Shown here in pieces: positions 23,565 through 38,537 of a DNA stretch of 64,000 nucleotides. Numbering within the stretch: the stretch's first letter is position 1; each line of letters starts with the position of its first letter. The position numbers were made by a program, and so were the translations under genes. A model generated the notes under the pieces. The model ran no database searches and was not told where the DNA came from. It saw only the letters and a list, made by a program, of their open reading frames with translations. The stretch is from Balanoglossus misakiensis (Eukaryota; Animalia; Hemichordata), in NCBI GenBank assembly GCA_040954595.2, contig CM082580.2, positions 124,001 to 188,000 on the forward strand, read 5' to 3'.

Positions 23565-25036
23565 GTAAGCACACCTTGCTGTATACATGCTCCATAGCTT
23601 GTTTGTAAATGCTACCTTTTCCCATCAAATAGTGAAGTCACCCTTTTAAAATTATGGTGGTGGCAAGCCACAACTGGTTATCATGAAGAGTTGGACACCA
23701 CTAATAATCATTTTAATATTTTCCAATTGGTAACCTTTATGTACCACTATCCTCAACAATTTCAGTCAACAAGATTCATATTGCGCTGTATAGCAAGGCC
23801 AAACAAATATGACTGATTGATAGGGATTTTTCTGAAAATGTGACAAAATCAACAAATAAACAATAATCAGTCACCAATCATGCATTATGTGTTATTCGAG
23901 GGAACCTGAGCGGGTCCCATAAACCTGCCAACCCATGCTAGCCATGACTTTACAAATGTTTCCGTCATACTATGCAGAAAATTCTGGCTGCCTTAAATAG
24001 GTTTTTCACTTTGCGCTAGGTGTCAAATCTCATTGCATTCTGGGCGGAAAGTCCATAACCAACTGTAGTAAGAGATAGAAGAAATGATATGTTTACTGTA
24101 TTTCATGACTTCCTTCGGTCAAACATTTCTGTCTCGGTAGTTAGCATATTAAACTTTTTTTCACTTTTGCTATTTTTTCTGTTAAAAAGTTCAAGAATGA
24201 CCCATCATCATTTTAGCTTATGAACTCCCATTTCTTTAACATGGCAAAAATCGGCCATCTTGAAATTATCGACCGTATGAGATTTTCATCACTCATTTAG
24301 GGTAGCTTAAAACGTGTTTAAAGTAGGGAGAATTGTATAGGCAAGACTTGGGCTGTAAATTTGATGAAATAGCTACATGACTATTGTTCACAAGCAGCTG
24401 ACTGTACTGTAAGACTGGAAGTGTTGTGTACATATTTTACATATTCAATATTTGTAATTAGACCATGTCATGTATATCTTGGGGATTGCTCGATCACAAT
24501 GTCTCTGCTGGTACAATGTCCTTTTAACATGTTCAGTAATATGGTAGTAATTGTAAGTTTGTGTGCGGCATTTGTAAATTATTTACAATTTATAAATTAT
24601 TTTGTAAGTTTCTTCATTCTCAAATTGCTTGCCTAACGTACTGCATTAACATTTAAATTTTGGTATGATTTTGAGTAGACTTTTTGTTTCAAAATTATTT
24701 TTGACACTTTTGGGTGATATGATTTTACATGGAAAATCTGATTTCCCTGTAATTCGGTTGACAGGATTTTCATCATATCTCTAAATCATGAAGTACATGT
24801 ATCAGACTTGCATCAGGCCCTCAAAATTCTAGTCGCCTTTGGCAAGTAATATTAGCCATTGATCTGGGAAAGTTACAAAAATGTGTTGTCCAAGGACGTT
24901 GAAGGTACATGTGGTTTTTACACTTGCTGCATGTTTATAATTTGCAATAGAAATAGACACTCAGTGCCAGCCCACTATCCCGTCTCCTTATTGCTGACTT
25001 GTATGTATGTACGTATGTACGCATTTTATCAGAATT

Positions 25037-26380
25037 ATTAGGTCCCATTTGGTATATGTATTTATACCATGGTACCTTACGGGATTAGTTGCACCTGTAT
25101 GTATGGATGTTTGTATGTCCATCAACATCAAACATTTGGAAACTACTGGCATTTCACCTTGATATTTAATGTGCAGACAGGGCAGTAGATGGGAGTTTGT
25201 CTAAGTGAAGTTGTCATTGCCAAAATATGCAAATTAGCTGGGAAAGTGTCAAATTCGTCAAAACTTGGGAACTCAACAACTACTGGGCAAATTGCTTTCA
25301 AAATTGATAATTGGTATGCATGTACCTTATGGTATCCTCTCACAATTCTACATGTTGTGAGCTAATAATGTGAATTTTCTATTTTTAAGCATTTTTTTTT
25401 TCTCTTTCCACATTGTCGGTAAAAACCTACTTTTCTGGAATTGATCAGCTGACTTGTTTGAAATTTATTATGAAGCTTCATAGGTGATCTGAGTTACCAA
25501 CCATAGTTTTGTTTAAATTGTTGCCAAAAATTGCGTATTTATAATTTTGGAGCAATTTTTAGGTCCCATTTGGTTTATGTACATATATACGATTGGGACC
25601 TTATGGAATCAGTTGCATTTGTATGTATGAGTGAATGGATGAAAACCGCTGGGCATATCACTTCCATATTTAGTGTGTAGATGCAGGCGGGGCTGTAGAT
25701 GGGATTTTGTTCAAATGAAATTGTCATTGCCAAAATATTACCTGTGTAAATGTGAAATTGGTCAAAAGTCAGAAACTTGACAACCACTGGTCAGATTGGT
25801 ATGTCAATGAACCCCATACAGTCCTGTATGTTGTGAGCTAATATTATGAATTTTCTAATGTTTATTAATTTTTTTTGTCTTTTTCCACATTATTGGTAAA
25901 AAAAAATCTTCACTTCTGAAAGCGATAGTCCGACTCCTTCGAAATTTAGTATGAAGCTTCCTATGGGTGGTCCGAGTTACCATATTTTTTGTTCAGATTG
26001 TTGTAAAATAGGCATATTTATAATTTTGAGCAATTTTGCCAATTATGGTCAGAATGCTTTGCAATTTGGTAGGCAGATTCCCAGGGGTAACCCAAGGAAG
26101 ATGTCATAAAAATGGTTAAAACTGCGTGCTTGTGTTATTGGGGATATTTTTTGCAATCTTTGTCAAAAACTGTTTTCTGTTAAACCGTTCAAACCCTTGT
26201 CAGATTGCTTTGAATTTTGGCAGGAATGTTCCTTGTAGTGATTGAAGTAAGATGGTGTACAATTATAGAGATGTTTGCATATTTGTGTTTTTGCCACTTT
26301 TGAACAAATGTGTTTTTCTTTGAAACTGCTTTTTTGATGGCTTTGAAATATGGTAGGAATATTCCTAGGGGTAACCCAAT
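25037..26380 (+). mobile_element. Helentron-associated (DINE-1/pearl-like) non-autonomous repeats, tandem copies
   Basis: Short IR ttaggtccca...tgggacct, then a (gtat)n microsatellite and degenerate core repeats; related copies near 25560, 30910, 32932 and 35930. Confidence 0.5.
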
Positions 26381-26600
26381 TTTTAGCTCACCTGAAAATC
26401 ACGTGAGCTTATAGTTTAGCGATGTCTGTGTATGTGTGTGTCTGTCTGTATACCCGATATCTCAAGAACCGCTGAACCGATTTCAACCAAATTTAGTACA
26501 CAGGTTCAGATATCATATGGCAAGAACTGAAAAGGTTTTGGTGGGTGTGGCTTTGACATTAATGAAGTTATTAAAGTTTTAATTTTTCTATTACATGGTT
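26381..26600 (+). mobile_element. 5' end of a Helentron-associated (HINE-like) element
   Basis: ttttAGCTCACctgaaaatcacGTGAGCTt short IR, (gtct/gtgt) microsatellite and gatatctcaagaaccgctgaaccgatttcaaccaaatt core. Confidence 0.55.
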
Positions 26601-28975
26601 GTCTATGAGAGCTTTCGTTAATGCTGCATATATGACCAGTGGAAACGATAGTTTGAGGAGATCGACTGTTTGAGGGCGCTGTGAAATGAGACATTCCTGG
26701 CGATATTGCCGTGGTTCTGTCCATGCTCAGACGCTGTACCCGTCGTTACGAATAACTTCCCTACGTGAATCCACAAGGAAGCTAACGTTGTTTAGTTGCT
26801 TCATAGAGCGTAAATTGTTAATCTACAGGACCGTCAGACGAATACTCTTTTCAAATGAAGTTTGAAACTACTTACGAGTAAGTTAGTGGAGACAATATGG
26901 CGGATAGTTGGCGTGCAGCCGAATCCGCGTTATGACTATGACGTGACCCATTCATCAAGACAAACCGTAAATGATTCACGCATATTGTGGTCCTCACGCA
27001 GTCAATCTCAAAATGTCACCAGGCTTTCTATTTGTCTATTGTTCAGAGAAAAATAACATGGCGGTTGATCACACTCAACAGTAAAATCCGTTTTGTGTGT
27101 TTATAGACAGTCTGTTATCGCCAATACTATATAGCGATTGCTAGATGGCCTACCCAATATGTGATCGAGCGAGAATGATAACATTGAATGTCTGTTCAGA
27201 TCTCATTCCGTACGTCATACGTCAACATTTCGATTTCGATTTAATCCATTCATAAAGAATTTAGAGAAAGTCGTCTTGAATTGTGACCCCGACTATCAAT
27301 TAGTTTACGATGATTTTTTGGCGACAGAATACACGAGACGCCATTGCATAACTACGTCAGCTGGACTTCCAAGGTTACCATTTTGTGTGTATGGAATCTT
27401 ATCACAGAGCCTACGTACTTTGACAATATGCCATGCTATATCAATGACGCCCCAGAAAATTTGTCAAAAAATGAATTTGTCTTCTCATGGTGGTGCAATA
27501 TATTTTAATGTCTATTTTGAGGTTGATTTTGGTTTTTGGCTAACATGTATATAAATGTCAGCTTATAGCATAAGTTGGTGTCCGTCGGCTATGTATGTCT
27601 GTATGTGTGCCTCATACAGAATTATGTATTTTGTGAATGGATTAGTTTCGTCTTAATGTATTGATGTATGTATGTGTATGTCCATCAACATCAAAAACTT
27701 GAAACTACTGATATTTAGTGTGTACATAGAAATTGTTATTGCGAAAAAATGCATACTGGTATTAACTGGAAAAATGTTCAAATAGTCAAAATTGAAAAAC
27801 TTAATAACAGCGGATCAGATTAAGTTAAAAATTGGCGTGCATTGGTGTGCAAGTACTTTGGGAAGACCTCGTATGATTTTGTTCAGGTGGAGTCAGTATC
27901 TGGCGTTTCCTATTTTTGATGAATTTTTTGGGGAATTTTCTGCAGTTTTGTTAAAAAAAATTTTTCTCTGAAATTACATGTCCAATTGATTGGAAACTTG
28001 GTATGGAGGTTCATAGGGCTTACCTGAATCACATTTGTGCAAACGGTGGTGAAATTTGCAAAAATGCATTTTTGGGCAATATTTCCTGTTTTTGCCAAAA
28101 AATCCAATCCTGTGAAATGTAGGTGCAATTGTTTTGATACTTTGTATTTGGGTTTCTAGGGGTGATCTCAGTCAGATATGATCAAATTGTAATGAAATTT
28201 GCATAATTGTATTTTTTGGGAATTTCTGCAGGGTTTGGCCAAATAGTCTTCGGTAATACCACAAGTCCAATTGGTTGGAAACTTTGAATGGGAATTCATA
28301 TATGTGATATCAGTCAGATTTGTCTGAATTTCCTGTTGTTTGCCAAAATGTCTTCCTTATTGAAACTTGTTAAAGAGGTTCTTAGGCATGAACAGAAATC
28401 AGATTTGTTGAAATCTGGTGAAATATTCATACTTTTTGGTATATTTCTTGCCATTTTTGATCAAAGAGTTTTAGAATTCCATAGACTTATTATTTTTATG
28501 CTGTTCAGGATGGGGTACATGACTCATAACCCCTTACAAAAATTGACAAGGCAACAATTCCACAAACATGTTTACATTTCACAATGGTGCAACACACAAC
28601 CCTTACACCATATACACTATAAACCAAAATGGTTTAAAACTGGTTTTTCTAATCTTGTTTTTCTGTCAACCAATCACAGTACTGCACGTGAGCATATTCA
28701 GTTAATATCTGGTTCCTGATTGCTTTGGAAGTTAGTTAACAATTTCATAACACATGTACATGTATGTGCAACTTTGATTAAATTCTGGTTGTCAATATTT
28801 AGGTAGTTTGTTGTAAATTTCTTTGTTTTTGGATAGCAAATCTTTTTAACCAATTGCTCAGTTTCTTTGAAAGTTACTGTTAACAAGGAGAGTTAGTACA
28901 CCCAACTTAGACTTTTACACCCAACTTAGAGCTACTATGACTGGTTACTAACTTCTATATCTATTTGATTCACAG

Positions 28976-29050
28976 ATGCTGCCTGAAATTGTCTGCATTT
29001 CAACTCGGGATTCTCTTCCTCGTCTGGGGCGAGTTTAAGACCGCTCAATG
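28976..29050 (+). other. Putative 75-nt exon A2 (within a duplicate of ~22442-23370)
   Basis: Four substitutions versus A1; splice signals retained. Confidence 0.5.
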
Positions 29051-30227
29051 GTAAGCATGACTTGCTGTATATTTGCTTTTATCGGGCGTGGCACAACCGA
29101 AACAATAGGAAACAATGTATGTCTACGAACTAATTTACACCTTCCAGTTATCAATACTTTTTTCCTTCGAATTCTAGCCTCGATTGCCTGTGATATGATC
29201 GTGATGACATGAATTAAATGGTCAAGTTCAAATCTTCATGTGAAGCATAAATTAAATTTGGATGCATTTCCTTAACCATATAGCTAGAAATTACTCCCAT
29301 ACCAATACACGGGGAGATACCGTAATTTTGGCTGAAAGTGTGCTAGTCCAACACTATGCTTCATCAAACTGGCTAAGAGATCTATTATTATATATAGACA
29401 CATGAAGGAAAGTAATGTTGTTTATAGTGAAATAAAACAATACCTTAGGCCACAAAGAAAAATATAGATCACGACACAAACAGGCTGGAGTTTTTTTCAA
29501 AAATGTGTGCATAAGATCATATTGGCCCATGGTAATCAAAGCCAAAGCAGCCCAGTTCCAAATTCGAAACTCAGCTCAGTACCAGAAACTTGCTCAAAGC
29601 TACCAAATGCACAGAAAGTTTTGAGAATCTAGATGAAAAATCACCAAGCGACTAGTGCGCTTGTCTATGTTCAATGTGTCTTCCCTGGTAACAACATGTA
29701 CTTCTGCCACCATGCCATGAGATATACTGACAGCCACGTTTGAAACATTTTAGTATACTGATATTCAAAGTTTAAATGTAAAGGCTTACTTTTCTATAGT
29801 AAAATAAATGTTTTATAATTGCCAACAATTTACATTCTTGCGCTAATCAGTTGTATGAAAAGTGAGGTGGATCAAATGTAAGTTTCATTTTCACAACAAA
29901 CATTAAGAAATCATTGTACAGTGTTACGTAGATGTCAAAGTGTGTGTACACCTGTCGTTTACAGATATGATGTCAGTTTCACTTGTCACCTAACTGCCAT
30001 GTTTGTGGTATACCCATGTGGACCACTTTACTGCAGTACTGATGTAAATGGAGTTTCAAGATCGCTGTTACAGATTTCTCTGATTCGTATTCCACGTACA
30101 TTATCGCAGCACAGTCTGACCCTATATTATACCATGTTTTGCATATTTTCACTAATTAGTATGGCCCAAATAATTCTAAAGCAAGGTTGATTGGTTACTA
30201 ATTGATAAGCATATATTTGATTCACAG

Positions 30228-30300
30228 TCTTAAACACAGCATTTCAACGTATGCCGGAGGAGGAAGAGAATACCTAGGCCTGATCCAAGACCGCTTTCCG
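30228..30300 (+). other. Putative 73-nt exon B2 (within a duplicate of ~23378-24150)
   Basis: Identical to B1; splice signals retained. Confidence 0.5.
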
Positions 30301-32996
30301 GTAAGCACAACTTGCTGTATACATGCTCCATAGCTTGTTTGTAAAGGCTACCTTTTCCCATCAAATAGTGAAGTCGCCCTTTCAAAATTATGGTGGTGGT
30401 AAGCCACAACTGGTTATCATGGAGAGCCCCATATAAACTTACCAGCCCACGCTAGCCATGACTTTACAAATGTTTCCGTCATACTATGCAGAAAATTCTG
30501 GCTGCCTTAAATAGGTTTTCACTTTGCGCTAGGGGGTCAAATCACATTGCATTCTGGGCGAAAAGTCTACAACCCACTGTAGTAAGAGGTGGAAGAAATG
30601 ATACATTTTGTGTATTTCATGCTTTGGTCAAACATGTCTGTCTCCGTAGTTAGCATATTAAACTCATTAAATGTTTTTCAACTACTGAGCAAATTGCTTT
30701 CAAAATTGAAAATTGGTATTCCTGTAAGTTATGTTAACCTCACACAGTTCTATATGTTGTGAGCTAATGTGAATTTTCGATTTTTTATGTATTTTTTGTC
30801 TCTTTCCACATTATCGGTAGAAAATCTGCTTTTCTGGAATTGATCAGCTGACTTATTTGAAATTTAGTATGAAGCTTCATAGGTGATCTGAGTTATCATA
30901 GTTTTGTAAGGTCCCATTTGCTTTACCATGGGACCTTATGATATCGGTGGATGTATGTATGTATGTCTGTATGTCCGTCCACATCACAAACTTGAAAACC
31001 GCTGGGCATATGACCTCGATATTTGGTGTGTAGATGCAGGCCAGGCTGAAGATTGGAGTTTGTTCAAATGAAGCTGTCATTGCCAAAAATATGCAAATTA
31101 GCTAGGAAAATGTGAAATTGGTCAAAACTCAAACTCAACAACCACTGGTCACATTCATTTGAAAATCAGTATGCATGTACCTTATGTCTACCTCAAACAG
31201 TCCTGTATGTTTTGAGCTAATATTATCGATTTTTAATTTTTTATGCCAAAAATCTTTTATGCATTTTTTGTATTATTCCACATTATTGGTAAAGAAATCA
31301 TCATTTCTTAAAGTTATAGGCCTCATTCTTTGAATTTTAGTATGAAGCTTCTAATGGTTGTCTGAGTAACCAAAGTTTTGTTCAAATTGTTGAAAAATTT
31401 GCATATTTTAATTTTGAGCAATTTTTGCCACTTTTGGTCATTTTTTTTTCTTTAAAACTGCATGCCAGATTGATTTGGTAGGCATATTCCTAAGGGTAAA
31501 CTGAGTAAGATGTTGTAAAAATGTTTAAGTATATATTGTGTTATTGGGGAAGGGGGGGGGGGGGGGGGGGGTTACTCAAACATTTATAACACCCAGCAAC
31601 TTTTGGTACTGGCAGGGTTTGTCCTCCAATGATTTCAACATCCTGCTAGGAATACAACCTCTCCTCAACTTTATAAATATAGGGCATGACATTGCAGGTT
31701 TTTTGAGAACGCTGTTTAAAATAACCCTCATCAAGCCTGTTAACTTATTTAGACAGACTATTATCCAGAATGAAACGAAACATGGATGCAATAAAAAGAT
31801 CTTGTGCAATAAAAACCAAGTTGATCATAACAATTATTTGCTAAGTACAACATGTACATCACTAATAGAAGTTATGGCTATAAGCATAAACCTGTTTGTT
31901 TTGCTATCTTCACTATTCATATTATCTGACTATATTAATACATTTGCAAGCATACTGTTTCAGACATAGCGAATTTGATAATATATATTTTTACCTGTTG
32001 AAGTTATCAAAATCCAGACACTTGACAAAAGGACATTTTTCATCCCCTCTATAGATTGATAGTCTAACATAGCAGGCAATCTGTTTTTAACAACTGCAGA
32101 AGCCTTCATAAAAAGTTGTTGGCCAGAATGAAAGCTTAGGGGGACGTAGGATTTCCTACTTTTTAGGTTATTTTTTCTATGGCCCCAAAAAGCTATGACA
32201 AAAAATTGATGACCCCCTTGGAATTTATAATTCCCCCCCCCCTATCATACCCTGTCCATATTCTTATAAATGTCAATAAATGCCATACAGTCCTGTATGT
32301 TTTGTTTTGAGCTAATATTATGAATTTTCTATTTTTATTGTTTTGTCTTTTACTGCATTATTGGTAAAGAAAAATCTTCCTTTCTGAAAGCCATAGTTTT
32401 TGTCCAAATTGCAAATTGTTGTGAAATTGGTATATTTATAATTTTGAGCAATTTTGTAATTTTTGCTCAGAATGCAGATTCCTAGGGGGGTAACCCAAGT
32501 AAGGTGTTGTAAAAGAATTGTTTAAAAAATAAAAATATATTTGTAGATGGTTATCAAATTCGCTGTGTCTGAAAGCGCTTGTCAGATTGCTTTGAACTTT
32601 GACAGGAATGTTCCTTGTAGTGATTTAAGTAAGATGGTGTACAATTATAGTGATTTTTGCATATTTGTGTTTTTGCCACTTTTGAACAAATGTAGTTTTG
32701 TTTAACCCCCATCTTACCCTATCCATATTCAAATAAATATGAAAAGAAATTTCTCACAGATATTATTTACTTTGATAATACTATCATTTGTGCAACAACT
32801 AATCAATCAAACAGTCAATAATCATAAATTGGGAGTTCAAAAATATCTATAAGGGAGATTTAAAACCCCGTTAGCAACAACTGTTTGCCATGTTTTCAGT
32901 ATTAATGTTTTGTGTAGCTTCTGCAGTTTTTAGGTCCCATATGGTATGTACCATGGGCCTTATGGAATCAGTTGTGTCTGTATTTATGTATGGATG

Positions 32997-33198
32997 TACT
33001 GTATTTTCGCGAGTTAAATTTTTCGCGATATCGAGAGAGGCCACTGTTTCGCGAGTATTAATTTTCGCGTTCTCTTATTTCATTCACTGCATCGTTATCT
33101 TCAAAAACAATTTACGCGACTTTTTATTTTCACGTTATTTTGGCTCTCGCGTATTTGGCGAAAATTAATTGCTCGCGAAAATAAAGTGTTTTACAGTA
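32997..33198. mobile_element. TA-flanked MITE (Tc1/mariner-like), same family as 59423-59633
   Basis: tactgta...ttttacagta ends and repeated tttcgcg motifs; inserted into the (gtat)n tract of a Helentron-like repeat. Confidence 0.7.
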
Positions 33199-34893
33199 TG
33201 TCTGTCTGTTTGTATGGATGTATGTCTGTATGTCCGTCCACATCTAAAACTTGAAAACCGTTGTGCATATCACCTCGATATTTGGTGTGCAGATGCAGGC
33301 TGGGCTGTAGATTGGAGTTTGTTAACATGAAAATGTCATTACCAAATATATGCAAATTAGCTGGAAAATGTGAAATTGGTCAAAACTCGCAAAATTCAAC
33401 AACTGCTGGTCAGATTGATTTGGAAATTGGTATGCAAGTACCTTATGCCTACCTCATACAGTCCTGTATGTTTTGAGCTAATTTTGATTTTCTATTTTTG
33501 ATGCATTTGTTTGTATTTTTCAACATTATTGGTAAAAAATCTTCATATGAATCTAAAATTACCGTCGAATCATCCAGTGTGAGTTAGCACTGTAATTAGC
33601 AAAAGTTATAAATCCACAGTTACCCAGCAAATTTGATATAATGCTTCACATAGGTATTGGTTTTGAACATCCTTCAGAAAGGGTATGAATATTTTAAAAT
33701 TTTTACTGTTGCAACCCAGACTAGTTTATTTCTGAATAAACAGAGAAATGACAACCGGATAGATTATTCTTCTGTACTAAAGACATATGCAGACACAAGA
33801 AATAGTCTGAACATTTTCAGTACATTACTAAAACAGTGTAGGTACATTGTACTATAAACTGAGGAAGATTAGTGACTATTGTTTGCCAAAAATGGTCCCA
33901 AGTCATTTCTCAAGCATAGCAGAATAGTAGCTTTGAGTAGCAAAGTGTGATGATTTAAAATGTAAAAAGACAACACCAATCTCTAGCTCTGCTCTCAGCA
34001 CTGCAAAAGTTATCTGACAGGTAGATAGATGTTCAGTCATCCTATGTCTGTCAACATTTTTCTTTTCTGAAATCACTGGCGCAAGTGCTTTTAAAATTGG
34101 TGTGCAGGTTTCTTGGGGTGGCGAAGTAATGTGTGTTCAAATTGTGTTGAATTCTGCATATTTGTAGTTTGGAACAAGTTTTTTGCTGTTTTTGGAAGAA
34201 AAAAGCTAAGCTCGTAGATTACTTTGACTATGCAGGTTTCTAGGTATGACACAAGTTGTTTCTTCAAAATATGGTGAAATTTGCATATTTGGGGGGAAAT
34301 TTTCTCTGAAATTTAGTATTGATCTCCCTGAGGTATGTGACATAATCTGTAATTTTGTATTTTGGAGACAGTTGCCTTTTTGTACAAACAAAAAATCTTG
34401 TCAGAATATGCATGTCTGATTGCCATGTCCACAGGGGTGATCTACTTTTATTTACATTATAACCGAATCTGTAAAGTTTTCATAATGATCTTTAAAATAG
34501 GTACGTCTAATTGTTTTGATCTTTGGTATGAATTGTCCCTTGGTGATCTTAGTCAATGCTTTTGAAATTCCGCTGAATATTGCATTATTATTTTGTCTGA
34601 GTCTGAAGAGTAGTCATCATCTCTGAAACCCCTTGACCTAAGTCAGGTGTCAAATAGTACAATTTGCAGATTTGTTGCATTGGAGATATTGTTGCAGTTT
34701 TTGAAATTCAAGATGGCTGCCAATGTCTGTGTTAACTCTATGGAAAAACATTTATGTAAATACTTTTCTGAAAACAAGGCGGTGAACATCACATTTTTGT
34801 TTACAAACAGTAATAGAAGTAGCTATCATTGTTTCTGAAAATCCTAACTTGTAGGATTCTTTTTCAATCTCTGGCATCAGCAGAGACAATTAA

Positions 34894-35626
34894 GGTGGCA
34901 TTGCATGAAAAGTTGTGATTTTTGCCAAATTTTACTTTTTTACATAAATCGGTAGGCCTAATACTCACCCACATCCTGACTAATACGTCTTGGCGGAAAT
35001 GGTGCACAATCACCCCCAAATAGCACTTTTCTGAATGAGTTCACAGCTTAACAAATAGGTGTCAACAATGCAAATGGCCGTTTTTCTCGGTTTGCATTTT
35101 CGCTGCTTTTGACAACTTCGGACTAAAATAGCTTCGCCCTGCATTGGCCGAATTTGCTCAAATTTTGACAGGGAATTGTGTATGACCCATCCAACAAAAC
35201 GCTAGTTTTGTATGTCGATAAAGTGTCCCTGGCGGGAATAAACTCTGATTCAATACAACTCACCGTGAATTTGATCAAATTTTCAGAAAATCTAACTTTC
35301 AAACGCTGTTACTCCTCAATGGAAGCAGATAACGCAAAACAAAATTAGCGTTTTTTTGCACGTGTACTTTAGTTTCGAATGACATATTAAGATGCATGAT
35401 GCATGGTCAACTTTTTTACCTATTTTAAATTTCATGACATAATATCAAAAAATGGGTTTTTTCGCCCAAAATCGCCACCATTTCAGGGGATCAATAATAT
35501 TTGCAACTCAAACAAAAGTTCAAAATCTCAGCTTCCAGAATATATATGGTTTATGGGGGTTTAAACTTTGTCTTTGATGAGAAATAGGCCTCTGAAAAAG
35601 TCTCGACGGTTTCATGCAGTGCCACC
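34894..35626. mobile_element. Non-autonomous TTAA-TSD DNA transposon (Kolobok-like)
   Basis: TTAA|ggtggcattgcatgaaa...tttcatgcagtgccacc|TTAA. Confidence 0.85.
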
Positions 35627-37457
35627 TTAAACAACTCTATAAAAAGTCTTATTGCTTAGTACTGGCACGAGGTGGTAAAAAGATGTGCAGCTTTTGACTT
35701 ATTACAGGCTTACACTTTGTTAGTAATATGAGTCCCTATTGGTATTGTGCTGGGTTTTTAGGAGCTTGGGCCCCATTCCCTGGATATTTTTTACACCTTG
35801 CTCTGAAAACCTGCCACACCTATGCTTCTTGAATTTGTCACAGTTGTCCTTGCCAATGAGTGTGCACCTTGAAATTCAAATCAGTCATTTGACCTGGCAG
35901 CCATATTCAGTTGAAATTGTTAAATAAATGCAAATTAGCTGGGAAAATTTGAAATTGGTCAAAACCACTGGTCAGATTGATTTGACAATTGGTATGCAAG
36001 TACCTTATGTCAACCACATACAGTCCTGTATTTTGAATAGTTTGAATGTTCTATTTTTATGCATTTTTTGCCTTTTTCCTCATTTTTGGTAAAACATCTA
36101 CTTTTCTAAAATTGATGAGACGACTTCTTTGAAATTTAGTATGAAGCTTCATATAGGTGATATGAGTTAGCATACTTTTGTTAAAATGTTGCAAAATTTG
36201 CATATTCATAATTTTGGAGCAATTTCGGCCGTTTTTGAATTTTTTTTTTAAACCGGTTGTTACATTGCTTTGAAATTTGTTAGTCATATTAGGGGTAGCC
36301 CAAGTAAGATTTGCATGTATGTTTTTCAAATCAACTTGATGAATTGAATAGTATATTTTTGGGATGATTTTTGCCATTTTTGGTCAAAACTCTTCTCAGA
36401 ACCCCCCACAGTACGTGAAATATCCCATGAATCACTCTGGTTTGTACAACCAGAGATTACTCGGTCAAACCAGGCAAAGTTCACATGTGTAGAGAAAATT
36501 GTAGACCACTAATACAAATTTTGAGAGCATGCTTTAAAGGCGAATCTTATTGTCAATTACCATTTCAAATGATAAACAAAATCATGCATTATTGAAAGAG
36601 GAGATACAAATTTTATAAAATAAGCAATTGCATAGCCAGCCGATACAAAAAAGTTTGAAGTAAAACAGGGACACTTGAAACACTTGTTTAATCAAACAAA
36701 ACAATATTGATTTTTTTCTATAGACAGAACAATGGAAATTTACATGTTGACTTTCAACAGAGACTGGCCACCTCAGTTAGTCATTGCTTCTTTCCTCCTA
36801 AGTGTGACATTTGACGTACATGAATGAATACTTTGATTTCTATGGCTTTTAAATCTTGATTTTGAAATTTTCACTCTAATTCCTCAACATACTTTTTCTA
36901 GATAAATCTTAATACAGTTATATGTACTTCATATCATTGTTAGTATCTAAAACAGAAAGTAATTAAATGGACAATCTCGATGATACAAATCATGGAGAGT
37001 TGTGGGTAAAATATCGTACTGTGCCCCCTTTACCCCCACTGCTTTGAAATTTGATTTGAAGGTTTCAGGGTTTGTTCTCATGATAATTTACAGATTGATT
37101 TGACAATTGGTATGCAAGTACCTTATGTCAACCACATACAATCCTGTATTTTTTTAACTAATAGTTTGAATGTTCTATTTTATGCATTTTTTGCCTTTTT
37201 CCTCATTTGTGGTAAAAAAATTTAGTATGAAGCTTCATGTAGGTGATATGAGTTACAATACTTTTGTTGAAATGTTGCAACATTTGCATATTGATAATTT
37301 TGGAGCAATTTCAGCCTTGTTTAATTAATTTTTTTTCTCTAAAACCGCTTGTTCCATTGCTTTAAAATTTGTTAGTCATGTTAGGGGTAGCTCAAGTAAG
37401 ATTTGCATGTATGTTTTTCAAATCAACTTGATGAATTGAATAGTATATTTTTGGGGG

Positions 37458-37757
37458 ATCAAATCAAATCAAATCAAAACAAACATTTATAAAGCGCCAG
37501 AATCAATAACAATGTTATTTCCAAAGGCGCTGAAAGTATAACATCAGTGTTCGTAGGCTTTGACAAATAGAAATGTCTTGAGTTTTTGTTTGAAAATGTT
37601 GAGACTAGAAGCCTGTTGAATGTCAGATGGCAGATAATTCCAAAGTTGTGGCGCGACAAGGGAAAAGGCACATCCACCATATGTTTTGAGTCTGTACTTT
37701 GGTACACACAACTGGTTCCTTGAGCTGGAGCGCAGAGCCCGACTAGGCTTATATGAT
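37458..37757 (-). mobile_element. Short 3' fragment of an L2 LINE
   Basis: YKPSRALRSS..LCVPKYRLKTYGGCAFSLVAPQLWNYLP..FKQKLKTFLF*, followed by ggcgctttataaat and a (TTTGA)n tail. Confidence 0.85.
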
Positions 37758-38537
37758 TTTTGATTTGATTTGGTTTCAGGGTGATTTCTCATGATGATTT
37801 ACAAAACCTATGACTGATTACTTTGAAATTTGAGTAGGAAGTTAATTGGATGTGTTTGTTTAGATAATGGAATCAAATAAAGTTATTCATTCTTCACCTT
37901 CATTCTTCACCTCATTTCATTTATTGGCTGGTTTGTCTATTGTATCAGGGAAGAGTACTTGCCATCCCACCCCACCGATGCAAACTTTGAGTGGCAAAAG
38001 TAAAATTTGTCGTAACATTGAGTTAATTTGCTTTTGGGCTCACTAAAATGCAACTTTGAGCTCTGTATTTGTACAAAATTTTCATTAATTGGCTGGTTTG
38101 TCTATTGTACCAGGCCAGCATACATAAGATCAAGATGTTTTCGGGGCTGGGGGGGGGGCATCATATTTTATTGCCTCTCTATGTGTGTGTCTGTCTGTCT
38201 GTACTCCTGTGTAGACTTTTTCTAGTGTAATCACTAAATGAGACCACAGTGTCCTTGACGCTATTTTTTGCGATTTTCAATGACCCTGGGGTAACCTTTG
38301 ACCAGCTTTCATATATCTTGGTATTCACAGCAGAATACAGCCTTGGCATACCCTGGTAACCATGGGAACCGTTTGGGCCCAACCAATGGTGCTGGCAGCG
38401 TTAATTTTTAAATGATTTCTTCTTGTCGTTTTCTTTATCAATATGATGACTTGACCTAATCAGATTATTAAAATAATTTCATTCTTTTTTTACATTAGGT
38501 TCTTTGGTAACACTGCTGCTGGAGGGAGTGTAATATT

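Noticed and set aside
31538-32135. Possible degenerate minus-strand exons and a 143-aa plus ORF
   Set aside because: No recognisable domain and multiple stops; cannot be supported by eye.
35970-37455. Duplicated ~370-bp segment (35970-36370 and 37092-37455)
   Set aside because: Explained as copies of the local Helentron-like repeat family.
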